DNA from: Actinomycetes bacterium
GTDB lineage: Bacteria; Actinomycetota; UBA4738; HRBIN12
Length of the DNA stretch: 64,000 nucleotides
Direction of reading: 5' to 3'
NCBI GenBank assembly: GCA_031423155.1
Contig: JANPEZ010000161.1
Location: 13,312-77,311 of the forward strand
The notes beneath the pieces are model-generated. The model was given only the letters and a program-made list of their open reading frames with translations. It was not told the origin of the DNA and ran no database searches. Both the position numbers and the translations under genes were made by a program. Positions 17,566 through 27,299 of this stretch are shown here, in pieces (position 1 is the stretch's first letter; each line of letters begins with the position of its first letter).

Positions 17566-19437
17566 TTGACGACGCTGCTCGTCGTGTCGCTCCTCGTCAA
17601 GCCGGGCACCTCCACGGTCCTTACGTTGACCGAGTTCGATGACGTGCTCGGCTCGGGCCAGGTGGTCGATGCGCAGATCCTCGAGGGGGATCAGGTCATC
17701 ACGGGAAGGCTCTCCAGCGGGGACGTCTACTCGGTCAACTATCCCGGAGGAGACCAATCCCTGGAGGCGATCCGCCAGAGCCTTGCGGAGGCCGGAGTTC
17801 CGACCAGCGTCGACCCGCAGAAGGGTGCACCGCTGATCGCGACCACCATCCAGATCCTGCTTCCCGTCCTGCTGCTCGGCGCGCTCCTGATCTACGTGCT
17901 GAATCGCTCGCAAGGCGGCGGCGGACGCGTGATGCAGTTCGGTCGCAGCAAGGCCAAGCTAGTCACCAAGGATCAGCCGAAGACGACCTTCGCGGACGTT
18001 GCCGGTGTCGACGAGGCCATAGAGGAACTCGAAGAGGTTAAGGAGTACCTGCAGTCGCCGGCGAAGTTCCAGGCGATGGGGGCGAAGATCCCCCGCGGTG
18101 TGCTTCTGTTCGGTCCTCCCGGGACCGGCAAGACATTGCTCGCTCGCGCGGTTGCCGGTGAGGCTGGCGTCCCCTTCTTCTCGATCAGCGGTTCGGACTT
18201 CGTGGAGATGTTCGTGGGTGTGGGCGCCGCCCGTGTGCGTGACCTGTTCGAACAGGCGAAAGCCGCGGCCCCGGCGATCGTCTTCATAGACGAGATCGAT
18301 GCCGTCGGCCGTCACCGCGGCGCTGGCCTCGGCGGAGGGCACGATGAGCGCGAGCAGACGTTGAACCAGCTGCTCGTCGAGATGGACGGCTTCGATCAGC
18401 GTTCGACGGTGATCTTGATGGCCGCGACGAACCGGCCCGACATCTTGGACCCGGCGCTCCTTCGCCCCGGCCGTTTCGACCGCCAGATCGTGATCGACCG
18501 CCCGGACCTTGAGGGCCGCAAGGCGATCTTGAACGTCCACGCGCGCGGCAAGCCGTTCGACCCGTCGGTGCAGCTCGACGTGATCGCCCGGCGCACTCCG
18601 GGTTTCACGGGCGCCGATCTGGCGAACGTCATCAACGAGGGCGCACTGTTGGCCGCTCGCCGTAATAGGACCGACATCAGCATGCCCGAGATCGAAGAGG
18701 CGATCGACCGAGTGATGGCCGGCCCGGAACGCAAGTCCCGCGTCATGGACGAGCAGGAGAAGAAACTGATCGCCTATCACGAGGGCGGGCATGCGCTGGT
18801 CGCGCACGTGCTACCCAATACCGACGAGGTTCACAAGATCACGGTGATACCGCGCGGGCGCGCCCTCGGCTACACGCTCACCCTTCCGGAGAACGACAAG
18901 TTCCTGATGACCCGCGAGCAGCTCCGCGACGAGCTGGCCATGCTGATGGGTGGTCGCGTCGCCGAGGAGATAATCGCCGACGACATCACCACGGGCGCGG
19001 GCAACGACATCGAACGCGCGACGAAGGTCGCTCGTCAGATGGTCACCGAGTACGGCATGTCCGACACCATCGGCCCGCGCACGTTGGGCCAGAAGTCGGG
19101 AGAGGTCTTCCTCGGCAAGGACTGGGGCTCGACGCCCGACTACTCCGATGCGGTCGCCTTCGAGATCGACTCCGAGGTTCGGCAGCTCATCGACGAAGCC
19201 CACGACGTCGCGCTGGACATCCTCACCGATCATCGCGACAGGCTCGACGCCTTGGCCGAGCTGCTACTCGAGAAGGAGACCCTGGACCGAGAGGAGGTCG
19301 CGGCCTTCTTCGCGGACATCGCCAAGCGAGCTCCTCGAGAACCCGAGGTTCGTGGGCGGTCGCTGGCCGTATCGCGTCAGGCGTTGCGGTCTCCGCGTGA
19401 TCAGGACCCTCGGTCCACTCCGGGGACGCTCGGGTAG
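17566..19437 (+). CDS. ftsH: ATP-dependent zinc metalloprotease FtsH
   Basis: Walker A GPPGTGKT, second region of homology, zinc site HEGGHA. The canonical TTG at 17566 falls inside the first TM helix, so the true start is probably upstream and non-canonical (about 17518). Confidence 0.85.
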   Translation: MTTLLVVSLLVKPGTSTVLTLTEFDDVLGSGQVVDAQILEGDQVITGRLSSGDVYSVNYPGGDQSLEAIRQSLAEAGVPTSVDPQKGAPLIATTIQILLPVLLLGALLIYVLNRSQGGGGRVMQFGRSKAKLVTKDQPKTTFADVAGVDEAIEELEEVKEYLQSPAKFQAMGAKIPRGVLLFGPPGTGKTLLARAVAGEAGVPFFSISGSDFVEMFVGVGAARVRDLFEQAKAAAPAIVFIDEIDAVGRHRGAGLGGGHDEREQTLNQLLVEMDGFDQRSTVILMAATNRPDILDPALLRPGRFDRQIVIDRPDLEGRKAILNVHARGKPFDPSVQLDVIARRTPGFTGADLANVINEGALLAARRNRTDISMPEIEEAIDRVMAGPERKSRVMDEQEKKLIAYHEGGHALVAHVLPNTDEVHKITVIPRGRALGYTLTLPENDKFLMTREQLRDELAMLMGGRVAEEIIADDITTGAGNDIERATKVARQMVTEYGMSDTIGPRTLGQKSGEVFLGKDWGSTPDYSDAVAFEIDSEVRQLIDEAHDVALDILTDHRDRLDALAELLLEKETLDREEVAAFFADIAKRAPREPEVRGRSLAVSRQALRSPRDQDPRSTPGTLG

Positions 19438-19460
19438 AGCGGGCCCTCTAGACTTCCCGC

Positions 19461-20132
19461 ATGTCCGATCGCTGGGCTTCGTTCGATTGTTACGGCACGC
19501 TGGTGGACTGGATCGGCGGGATCCGCTCGACGTTGACGCGGCTGTTCCCGAAGGCGGACGCCGGCTCGCTGCTCGACCTGTATATGCAGATCGAGTCGAC
19601 GGTGCAGGAGGGGCGGGGGATCGCCTACCGGCAGGTGATGGCCGAGACGCTCGGGGCGCTGGCCGTTACCAAGGGGTTGCCCCACTTCCCGGCGGAGCGC
19701 GATGCCCTTGCGGACTCGCTTCCTTCATGGCCGGTCTTCGCAGAAGTTCCCGCGTCGCTCGCCGAGTTGAGGGCGCGCGGCTGGAAGATCGCGATCTTGT
19801 CCAACACGGATCCGGATCTGCTCGATGCTTCGATCGAGGCCATCGGGGTTCGGATCGACGCGACCGTGGTCGCATCCGAGATCGGTTCGTACAAGCCGGC
19901 TTTCGGGCACTGGGACTCGTTCTTCCGCGGAACCGGCGCCGCCCGCGAGCGGCACGTGCACGTCGCGGCCTCCCTCTTCCACGACGTCGAGCCCTGCGCG
20001 AAGCTGGGACTGCCCGCGGTGTGGATCAACCGTCGGAGCGAGACGAGCGACATCCCGCGGGCCGCGACGCTGACCGATCTGTCGAACCTGGCGGACACCC
20101 TCGATTCCCTGGTTCCGCCGGTCGCCGGGTAG
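19461..20132 (+). CDS. HAD-superfamily hydrolase (haloacid dehalogenase-like)
   Basis: HAD motif I DCYGTLVDW, plus motifs LSNTD and a conserved lysine. Confidence 0.65.
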   Translation: MSDRWASFDCYGTLVDWIGGIRSTLTRLFPKADAGSLLDLYMQIESTVQEGRGIAYRQVMAETLGALAVTKGLPHFPAERDALADSLPSWPVFAEVPASLAELRARGWKIAILSNTDPDLLDASIEAIGVRIDATVVASEIGSYKPAFGHWDSFFRGTGAARERHVHVAASLFHDVEPCAKLGLPAVWINRRSETSDIPRAATLTDLSNLADTLDSLVPPVAG

Positions 20133-20144
20133 TATCGGGCGCCC

Positions 20145-20723
20145 ATGGACAACACCAACTTCGACGACGCGAAGGTCGAGCAGGGCGTGCGCATGATCCT
20201 TGAAGGGATCGGCGAGGACCCCGAGCGAGGAGGTCTGCGCGAGACGCCCGCGCGTGTCGCCCGAATGTATCGCGAGATCTTCGCGGGCATCGGTGCGGAT
20301 GCGAGCGCGCTGGTAACGGTCGTGGAGGGCGCCGACCACGACGAGATGATCATGGTCCGCGACATCCCCCTGTTCAGCGTCTGCGAGCATCATCTGGTGC
20401 CCTTCTCGGGCAAGGCCCATGTGGCCTACATCCCGAACAAGTCGCAGCAGATCACGGGTCTGTCGAAGATCGCCCGTGTGGTCGATCTGCTCTCCAAGAA
20501 GCCACAGGTTCAGGAGCGACTCACCACTCAGATCGCTGAGGCTCTCGACGCGGCGCTGTCCCCGAGAGGGGTGTTCGTCGTGATAGAGGCCGAACACTTC
20601 TGCATGACGATGCGTGGCATAAAGAAGCCGGGCGCCGTCACGGTGACCTCGGCCGTGCGCGGCCTGTTCCGCAACGACGCGCGCACGCGCCAGGAGGCCA
20701 TGGACCACATCGGCATGCGCTGA
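20145..20723 (+). CDS. folE: GTP cyclohydrolase I
   Basis: Active-site motif [11 protein letters not shown]. Confidence 0.9.
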   Translation: MDNTNFDDAKVEQGVRMILEGIGEDPERGGLRETPARVARMYREIFAGIGADASALVTVVEGADHDEMIMVRDIPLFSVCEHHLVPFSGKAHVAYIPNKSQQITGLSKIARVVDLLSKKPQVQERLTTQIAEALDAALSPRGVFVVIEAEHFCMTMRGIKKPGAVTVTSAVRGLFRNDARTRQEAMDHIGMR

Positions 20724-20748
20724 CCCCTGCGGCGGGTCGCGGGCTACC

Positions 20749-21612
20749 ATGGCCCGCATGACCGAGAAGCTCTGGCGCTGCGGGGCTCATCAGATCTCGT
20801 GCGGTTCGCGCACGCTCGTGATGGGGATCGTGAACGTGACGCCCGATTCCTTCTCCGACGGTGGGCTCTTCGACGGACCGGATGCCGCCGTCAAGCACGG
20901 GCTTCAGATGGTGTCCGAGGGCGCGGACATCCTCGACGTCGGCGGCGAATCGACCAGACCCGGCTCGAACCCGGTCAACGCGGCCGAGGAGATCGCTCGA
21001 ACCGTTCCCGTCATCCGAGGCCTCCTGGACTCACGTCGGGATCTGATCGTGTCGATCGATACACGCAAGGCCGAGGTGGCTTCGGCCGCGCTGGCCGCCG
21101 GCGCCGCGATCGTCAACGACGTTTCCGCCGGAGCCGACCCCGCGATGTTCGCGGCGGTAGCCCTCACCGGGGCAGGGATGGTCCTCATGCACATGAAGGG
21201 CGAGCCCAAGACGATGCAGGATGACCCTTCCTACGACGACGTCATCGAGGAGGTACACGGGTTCCTGCGGGAGCGAGTCGAGGCAGCCGCACTTGCGGGC
21301 ATCGACGCTTCTCGTCTAGCGGTCGACCCCGGCATAGGGTTCGGCAAGAGCCTCGAGCACAACCTGGAGATCCTGAGGAGCATCGAGCGATTCGCCGACC
21401 TGAGCCTTCCGGTGCTGGCCGGGCCTTCGCGCAAGCGGTTCATCGGGACCTTGACCGGAACCGATGACCCGGCCGATCGGACCGAGGGCACGGCAGCTGC
21501 GGTCGCCTGGTGTGCCTTCCACGGTGTCGACATCGTTAGGGTCCATGACGTCGCCCAGATGGTCAAGGTCGTCCGCGTCGCCGACGCGATAGCTCGGGGC
21601 ATCCGACGATGA
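20749..21612 (+). CDS. folP: Dihydropteroate synthase
   Basis: Motifs LVMGIVNVTPDSFSDGG and DILDVGGESTRPG. Confidence 0.9.
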   Translation: MARMTEKLWRCGAHQISCGSRTLVMGIVNVTPDSFSDGGLFDGPDAAVKHGLQMVSEGADILDVGGESTRPGSNPVNAAEEIARTVPVIRGLLDSRRDLIVSIDTRKAEVASAALAAGAAIVNDVSAGADPAMFAAVALTGAGMVLMHMKGEPKTMQDDPSYDDVIEEVHGFLRERVEAAALAGIDASRLAVDPGIGFGKSLEHNLEILRSIERFADLSLPVLAGPSRKRFIGTLTGTDDPADRTEGTAAAVAWCAFHGVDIVRVHDVAQMVKVVRVADAIARGIRR

Positions 21613-22544
21613 CCGACAAGCGTCGCGCGGCCGTCTCCGGTGGCGAACTCAGTTACGTCGATATCGGGGAGGGTCCGGCCGCGATCTTGCTCCACGGGTT
21701 CCCGCTCTCCTCGCACATGTGGCGTGATTTCATGCCCGTGCTTTCGTCGAAGTTCCGGCTCATCGTTCCCGACCTTCTCGGTGCCGGCGATTCCGACAAG
21801 CCCGTCGACGCGCCCCTGCACATCAGGGCTCAGGCCACGTACGTCCAGGAACTGGCGACCCAACTCGGCATCGAGAGGTTCGCCACGATCGGTCACGGGA
21901 TAGGGGGAGGTATCGCGCAACTACTTGCGCTGGAAGGGATCGTGGACGCCATGGTGCTGTTGGATTCGGTCGCCTTCGGGATGTGGCCGGCCGAGCAGAC
22001 CCGCGATATCCAGAACGCGACGCCCGAACAGGAGGACCCTCAGCTCCTTCGTGCGGTCATGCACGCGGCTTTCCAGCTCGCGATGGGATACCCCGCGCGG
22101 CTGGCGGAAGCCACGTTCGAGGAGTACATGCGTCCCTGGGAGGAGGACGGCGGGATGGCCGCCTACTTCCGATGGGTCCGATCGATCGACGGTCTCGGCC
22201 TTGAAGATATCGCCCCGCGACTGGCCGAGATCGACTTCCCCGTCCTCATCCTGTGGGGTGAGGCCGATGCGTTCCAGCCTCTAGCCGCGGCCGAGGCACT
22301 GAACGACACGATCCCCACCTCGACGCTGGGTCTTCTACCCGGGTGTGGTCACTTCCTGACGGAGGATGCGCCCGAGACCCTGGCCCCGATGGTCTACGAG
22401 TACCTTCGGGCCCGATACCTCAAGCAACCGCACGGCCACGGAGGCGAAGGCGTAGTGACGATCCAGCTCGAGAGGAAACCCCCTTGGGTCGATCTGGCCG
22501 AGTACGAGAAGGACGACTGGTTCCAGGAGGAGGAAGACGAGTGA
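21609..22544 (+). CDS. Alpha/beta-hydrolase fold protein (inserted between folP and folB)
   Basis: Motif LLHGFP and nucleophile elbow GHGIGG. The ATG overlaps the folP stop (ATGA). Confidence 0.7.
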   Translation: MTDKRRAAVSGGELSYVDIGEGPAAILLHGFPLSSHMWRDFMPVLSSKFRLIVPDLLGAGDSDKPVDAPLHIRAQATYVQELATQLGIERFATIGHGIGGGIAQLLALEGIVDAMVLLDSVAFGMWPAEQTRDIQNATPEQEDPQLLRAVMHAAFQLAMGYPARLAEATFEEYMRPWEEDGGMAAYFRWVRSIDGLGLEDIAPRLAEIDFPVLILWGEADAFQPLAAAEALNDTIPTSTLGLLPGCGHFLTEDAPETLAPMVYEYLRARYLKQPHGHGGEGVVTIQLERKPPWVDLAEYEKDDWFQEEEDE

Positions 22545-22894
22545 GCACTTCCAGACTGTTCCTTTCGGGCATCCGGTGCTCCGGGCGACACGGGGCGAAC
22601 CCCGGCGAGAAGGACGAGCCCCAGGACTTCGTCGTCGATCTTGACCTGGACGTCACCGTCGATGCCGACGACATCGGTTCCACCGCCGACTATCGAGCGA
22701 TATCGCAAGCGGCACGCGAGAAGGTTGCATCGGAGTCGTTCGACCTGCTCGAGACCCTCGCCCGGGCGGTTGCGGAAGCGGTCCTGGCGATGGATCACGT
22801 CACCCGCGCGACGGCGGTCGTTCACAAGCCCGGCGCCGCAAGCGCCATCGGGATCGAAGGCGTCGCTGCCGCCGCGACGGCCGGGGGAGACTGA
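22541..22894 (+). CDS. folB: Dihydroneopterin aldolase
   Basis: About 117 aa, with FolB motifs LSGIRCSGRHGANPGE and VDLDL. The GTG overlaps the upstream stop (GTGA). Confidence 0.8.
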   Translation: MSTSRLFLSGIRCSGRHGANPGEKDEPQDFVVDLDLDVTVDADDIGSTADYRAISQAAREKVASESFDLLETLARAVAEAVLAMDHVTRATAVVHKPGAASAIGIEGVAAAATAGGD

Positions 22895-22898
22895 GGGC

Positions 22899-23402
22899 GT
22901 GAACGTCCGCGCGCTCCTGGGGATCGGGACGAACCTCGGAGAGCGCCTGGAGAACCTCCAGCGTGCCGTAGACATCTTGGCCGCGACGCAGGGAGTCAGC
23001 TTCGAACGCTCCTCCCGCGTCTACGAGACCGATCCGGTCGGTCCCGCCCAGCCCGACTTCCTCAACATCGTGGTCGCCGTCGAAACCGATCTGACGGCGC
23101 GCGAACTGCTCGGCGTCTGCGCGCACATCGAAGCCGAACTCCATCGGGTACGTCTGGAGCACTGGGGGCCGCGAACGATAGATGTGGACATACTCAACTT
23201 CGGCGATCAGGACTTGGACGAGCCCGATCTGGTCGTTCCTCACCCTCGGATGCACGAGAGAGCCTTCGTGCTGATGCCGTTGTTGGAACTTGAGAAGGAC
23301 CCCAAGCTCCCCGGAGGACGGCGGATGATGTCCTTGCACCTAGGTGAGGGCGCGCTCGAGGGCGCTCGCGTCTTCGCCCCCCCGATCCGGCCGGGGCCTT
23401 GA
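22899..23402 (+). CDS. folK: 2-amino-4-hydroxy-6-hydroxymethyldihydropteridine pyrophosphokinase
   Basis: HPPK motifs LGIGTNLG, YETDPVG and GPRTIDVDIL. GTG start. Confidence 0.8.
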   Translation: MNVRALLGIGTNLGERLENLQRAVDILAATQGVSFERSSRVYETDPVGPAQPDFLNIVVAVETDLTARELLGVCAHIEAELHRVRLEHWGPRTIDVDILNFGDQDLDEPDLVVPHPRMHERAFVLMPLLELEKDPKLPGGRRMMSLHLGEGALEGARVFAPPIRPGP

Positions 23403-24715
23403 GCGCGACCGGGTCCTTCTGCCTCCGGTGCGACTGGACCGGCGCGGGCCAGAAGGGCTCGGGCTGTCCGGAGTGCGGAGAGCCGCTATTCGCGATGCCG
23501 GTCCCCGAACTTCGCCCCGAGCCCCTTGCAGGGGCGGAGGTCGCTGAGGACGACCGGGCCGAGCGACATCCCGCTCCGGACTGGAGCGAGGGAAGACGGG
23601 CGGGCAGACCCCTGCTCGCGCTGACGGTCGTGGGTCTCGTCCTGGTCTCCGTCGTGGTGGTCTGGACGAACGCTCACGTGCGGAACGTGCCGAGGGATGC
23701 GCCCCTTACCGGAAACGGGGTCCTCGTCTACATGAGCGATATCGCCGGAGGTGGCCAGCGTCTCTGGCGATGGGATCTGGCGACCGGCAAGGTCGCGCGA
23801 GGGCCCCTGATGCAGGGAACCACCGAGCTCGTCGACGCCTATCAGGCGCTCCCGGGGTGGATCGGAGTAACCTCCAGGCTGCCGGACGGCAGGCAGCAGG
23901 CCTCGGTCCTTCGGTTCCTCGGTCCGGATGACGCCCCCGTGTCGTTGGCGACCGGCGACCTGGTCGCCTGGTCGGCACACGGTCAGAGCGTGGCGGTGCT
24001 CCGGCGCGGACCTCTTGCCGACCGCTGCCACCGGGAGGTCTCGATCTTGTTGGTGAACCTGGTCCTCAACTCGCGCGAGAGACCGTTCCACGACGACTCA
24101 CTCTGCGGTGACGTTCTCTCGGTGGGGCGGGCTTTCGCGAGCACGTACTTCACCCTCGAGAAGAACGGACAGGCCGAGATCAACTTCGCCGGCAACGGGG
24201 ATCCGCATCCGGTTCTGGAGGGGTACTCATTGATCTCGATCTCGGCGGCCAGCGACATGATCGTCACGCCGGGCACGGGCAGGGACCCCCAGACGATCGC
24301 CCCGGTCCGCACACGGGCATCGGAGGATCCACCCATGCCCTTCGTGCACGGAGCCGGTCTCTTCTGGAGAGGCAGGCCCGACCAGGCACCCGTCGCGTAC
24401 GGAACGGCCGAGAGCGACATGAGGATCGAGCGGGTGCTCGCTTGGTCGCCGGATGCGCTTCACGCCTTGGTCGCGGGCTCCGTTGGCCAGCGGCAGGGGT
24501 TGTTCCTCATCGAGGCGGGGCCCGGGGAGACCAGGCGGGTGCCGATCTACGTTGGGCCGGTACTCGGCCTGACGTACGGAGCCATAACCGACGAGGGAAC
24601 CGTTCTGGTCGTAACCGACGGCTCTTTGTTCTCGTGGATCGACGGAGTCAGGAGGGCGGTTCGGCTTCCAGAGGGCGCGCCCGCGCCCACCGGCCCTCTC
24701 GTCTGGACCTCCTGA
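23399..24715 (+). CDS. Membrane-anchored protein with an N-terminal zinc ribbon and a TolB-like beta-propeller-like extracytoplasmic domain, hypothetical
   Basis: CLRCDW...CPECG zinc ribbon, one TM helix (LLALTVVGLVLVSVVVVW), and a large C-terminal domain. The TTG start is uncertain. Confidence 0.55.
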   Translation: MSATGSFCLRCDWTGAGQKGSGCPECGEPLFAMPVPELRPEPLAGAEVAEDDRAERHPAPDWSEGRRAGRPLLALTVVGLVLVSVVVVWTNAHVRNVPRDAPLTGNGVLVYMSDIAGGGQRLWRWDLATGKVARGPLMQGTTELVDAYQALPGWIGVTSRLPDGRQQASVLRFLGPDDAPVSLATGDLVAWSAHGQSVAVLRRGPLADRCHREVSILLVNLVLNSRERPFHDDSLCGDVLSVGRAFASTYFTLEKNGQAEINFAGNGDPHPVLEGYSLISISAASDMIVTPGTGRDPQTIAPVRTRASEDPPMPFVHGAGLFWRGRPDQAPVAYGTAESDMRIERVLAWSPDALHALVAGSVGQRQGLFLIEAGPGETRRVPIYVGPVLGLTYGAITDEGTVLVVTDGSLFSWIDGVRRAVRLPEGAPAPTGPLVWTS

Positions 24716-24735
24716 GGTTGGGATACTCCGCTCCG

Positions 24736-25599
24736 ATGGAAGTTTCCGTTATCGGGGCGGGCCGGGTCGGAACGGCGATGGCGGTTCTGCTTCAGCGAGC
24801 CGGCCATGTCGTGACCGCTGCGTCGGGGAGGCAAGCCACCCAGGAGCGGGTCGCGAGGTACCTGCCGGGCGTTCCCGTCGTCGATGCCGGTCCGGCCGCC
24901 GGCGCCGCCGAGCTGGTCCTTATCGCGGTGCCGGACGATCCGCTCGAGAAGTTGGTGCTTTCCCTCGCCAAGGCCGGTGCGTTCCGACGAGATGCCTGGG
25001 TCTCCCATCTGTCCGGATCCCTCGGGCTCGACGCTCTGGCCCCGGCGCGCGCGGCGGGCGCGAGGGTCCTCGCTATCCATCCGTTCATGACCGTTCCGGA
25101 TGTCGAGAGCGCGATCGAGCGCATCCCCGGCAGCGCCATGGCGGTGACTTCCCAAGACGACGAAGGTGAGGCGCTCGGCTTCCTGCTCGCCGAAGATGTT
25201 GGGGCCCAGCCGTTCTCGCTCGCCGACGACAAGAGGGCCTTGTATCACGCGGCCGCGGTATTCGCGTCCAACTACGTTGTGGCCGCTGCCGGCATCGCAG
25301 AAGACCTCCTGCGGGAGGCCGGCGTCCCCGATCCGGTCGCGGTGCTGACGCCGCTATCGAGAGCGACGGTCGAGAACATCGGTCGTGTCGGCCCGGCCCA
25401 AGCTCTGACCGGACCGGCGGTGCGGGGCGACGTTGGAACCGTGGAGCGGAACCTCGCCGCCCTGAGAGAGGCGGCACCTCGCGCGGTCGCCGCTTACGTC
25501 GAACTATGCCGCGTCGCGCTCGACCTAGCCGCGCGCAGCGGGCGTCTGTCCCCGACGGATCGGCAGCGGGTAGAGGAGGTTCTGGCGCGATGGACCTGA
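24736..25599 (+). CDS. Rossmann-fold NAD(P)-binding protein (DUF2520-like or ketopantoate-reductase-like), conserved upstream of panC
   Basis: VIGAGRVG dinucleotide-binding motif, and its position before panC matches other actinobacteria. Confidence 0.65.
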   Translation: MEVSVIGAGRVGTAMAVLLQRAGHVVTAASGRQATQERVARYLPGVPVVDAGPAAGAAELVLIAVPDDPLEKLVLSLAKAGAFRRDAWVSHLSGSLGLDALAPARAAGARVLAIHPFMTVPDVESAIERIPGSAMAVTSQDDEGEALGFLLAEDVGAQPFSLADDKRALYHAAAVFASNYVVAAAGIAEDLLREAGVPDPVAVLTPLSRATVENIGRVGPAQALTGPAVRGDVGTVERNLAALREAAPRAVAAYVELCRVALDLAARSGRLSPTDRQRVEEVLARWT

Positions 25600-26462
25600 T
25601 CAGAGCGGCCGCCCAGATGCGCGGCATCACCGACGCCCGTAGGGCGGCCGCCGACACCACCGCGCGCGGCGCCGAGGTCGGCTTCGTTCCCACGATGGGG
25701 GCCCTGCACGCCGGCCACAGCGCTCTGCTGAAGCGGGCGCGCGAAGAGCACCCCTTCCTCGTGATGTCCCTGTTCGTGAACCCTGCCCAGTTCGGCCGGG
25801 ACGAAGACCTCGACTCCTATCCTGCCGACGAGGAACGAGACCTATCGATAGCCGAACAACACGGGGTCGACCTCGTCTTCGCTCCCGGTCTCGACGAGAT
25901 GTACCCACCCGGCTTGGCCCTGATAGAGCCGGATCCGGGCCCGGTCGCCGCCGCCTTCGAAGGCGTCGCCCGGCCCGGGCACTTCGCAGGAGTTCTCAAG
26001 GCCGTTCACCGTCTCTTCGAGATATGCGGCCCCTGCACCTCTTATCTCGGCGAGAAGGACGCCCAGCAACTCTTCCTCATCCGGAAGATGGTTCACGACC
26101 TGGGCATGCCGATAGACGTCGCAAGCTGTCCAACGGTGAGAGCTCCCGATGGCCTGGCGTTATCGAGCCGCAACGCCTACCTCTCACCCGAGGAAAGGGA
26201 GGCGGCCGGCTGCCTCTTCCTGGCTCTATCGGAGGCGGCCGAACACGCAAGGTCGGGCGAGCGCGATGCCGCCAAGCTCATCGCGGTCATGGCCCGGGAG
26301 ATAGGCGCGACGGAGCAGGCGACCCTCGACTACGCCGCCGTGGTGGACGATGCGACGTTCCAGCCGATCGCCACCGTCACCGGTCCGACAAGGGCGCTCG
26401 TAGCTGCCCGATTCGGCAGGACGCGCCTGATCGACAACCTCAGGCTGGAGACGGACCGCTGA
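25590..26462 (+). CDS. panC: Pantoate--beta-alanine ligase
   Basis: Motifs GFVPTMGALHAGH and LFVNPAQF. Confidence 0.9.
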   Translation: MDLIRAAAQMRGITDARRAAADTTARGAEVGFVPTMGALHAGHSALLKRAREEHPFLVMSLFVNPAQFGRDEDLDSYPADEERDLSIAEQHGVDLVFAPGLDEMYPPGLALIEPDPGPVAAAFEGVARPGHFAGVLKAVHRLFEICGPCTSYLGEKDAQQLFLIRKMVHDLGMPIDVASCPTVRAPDGLALSSRNAYLSPEEREAAGCLFLALSEAAEHARSGERDAAKLIAVMAREIGATEQATLDYAAVVDDATFQPIATVTGPTRALVAARFGRTRLIDNLRLETDR

Positions 26463-26507
26463 AGCTCGCAGCAGCCCGGGTTGTCGCGGCGTAACCCGTA
26501 GGGGACG

Positions 26508-27299
26508 ATGGGCGCCATGTTGCTCGCGGTTGACGTCGGCAATACCGAGATCGTCTTGGGCGTCTTTCGCGGCGACCATCTCGAGCACACGTGGCGCATG
26601 TCCACCATGCCGGAGCGCACGCCCGACGAGCTTGCCCTGCTGCTGGCCGGGTTCCTCTCCCAGAAGGAGATGTCATTCGAGCGGCAGATCTCGGGTGTGG
26701 TCATCGCCTCGGTTGTTCCGGGTGTGACCTCCACCCTTCGCGACATGGCGCACTCCTATTTCCCCTTCCCTCCCGTCGTGGTCGGCCCCGGCACCAAGAC
26801 GGGGGTGCCGCTGTTAACCGATAACCCTCGTGAGGTCGGGGCGGATCGGGTCGTCAACGCCCTGGCTGCCTTCACGCGGTTCGGGGGACCGGCGATCGTC
26901 GTCGACTTCGGGACCGGGACGAACTTCGATGTCATCTCCGACAAGGGCGAGTTCATCGGGGGAGTGATCGCCCCGGGGATCCAGGTGAGCGCGGCGTCGC
27001 TGTTCTCCAACACGGCTCGGCTCACCCGCGTCGAGCTGAACGCACCGAAGAACGTCATCGGCAAGAGCACGGTCGAGTGCATCCAGTCCGGACTCATCTT
27101 CGGAACGGCGGGAGAGGTCGACGGCATCGTCCAGCGCATCCGCGCCGAGCTCGGTACTCCCGCCGTCACCATCGCGACCGGCGGCCTCGCCGGCGTCGTC
27201 ATCCCCCACTGCAGCACCATCGATCACCACGAGCCATGGCTCACCCTTGAAGGCCTTCGCCTCGTCTTCGAGAAGAACGTGGTGACGGCCGATGAGTGA
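26508..27299 (+). CDS. coaX: Type III pantothenate kinase
   Basis: Motifs MLLAVDVGNT, DFGTGTNFD and ATGG. Confidence 0.85.
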   Translation: MGAMLLAVDVGNTEIVLGVFRGDHLEHTWRMSTMPERTPDELALLLAGFLSQKEMSFERQISGVVIASVVPGVTSTLRDMAHSYFPFPPVVVGPGTKTGVPLLTDNPREVGADRVVNALAAFTRFGGPAIVVDFGTGTNFDVISDKGEFIGGVIAPGIQVSAASLFSNTARLTRVELNAPKNVIGKSTVECIQSGLIFGTAGEVDGIVQRIRAELGTPAVTIATGGLAGVVIPHCSTIDHHEPWLTLEGLRLVFEKNVVTADE

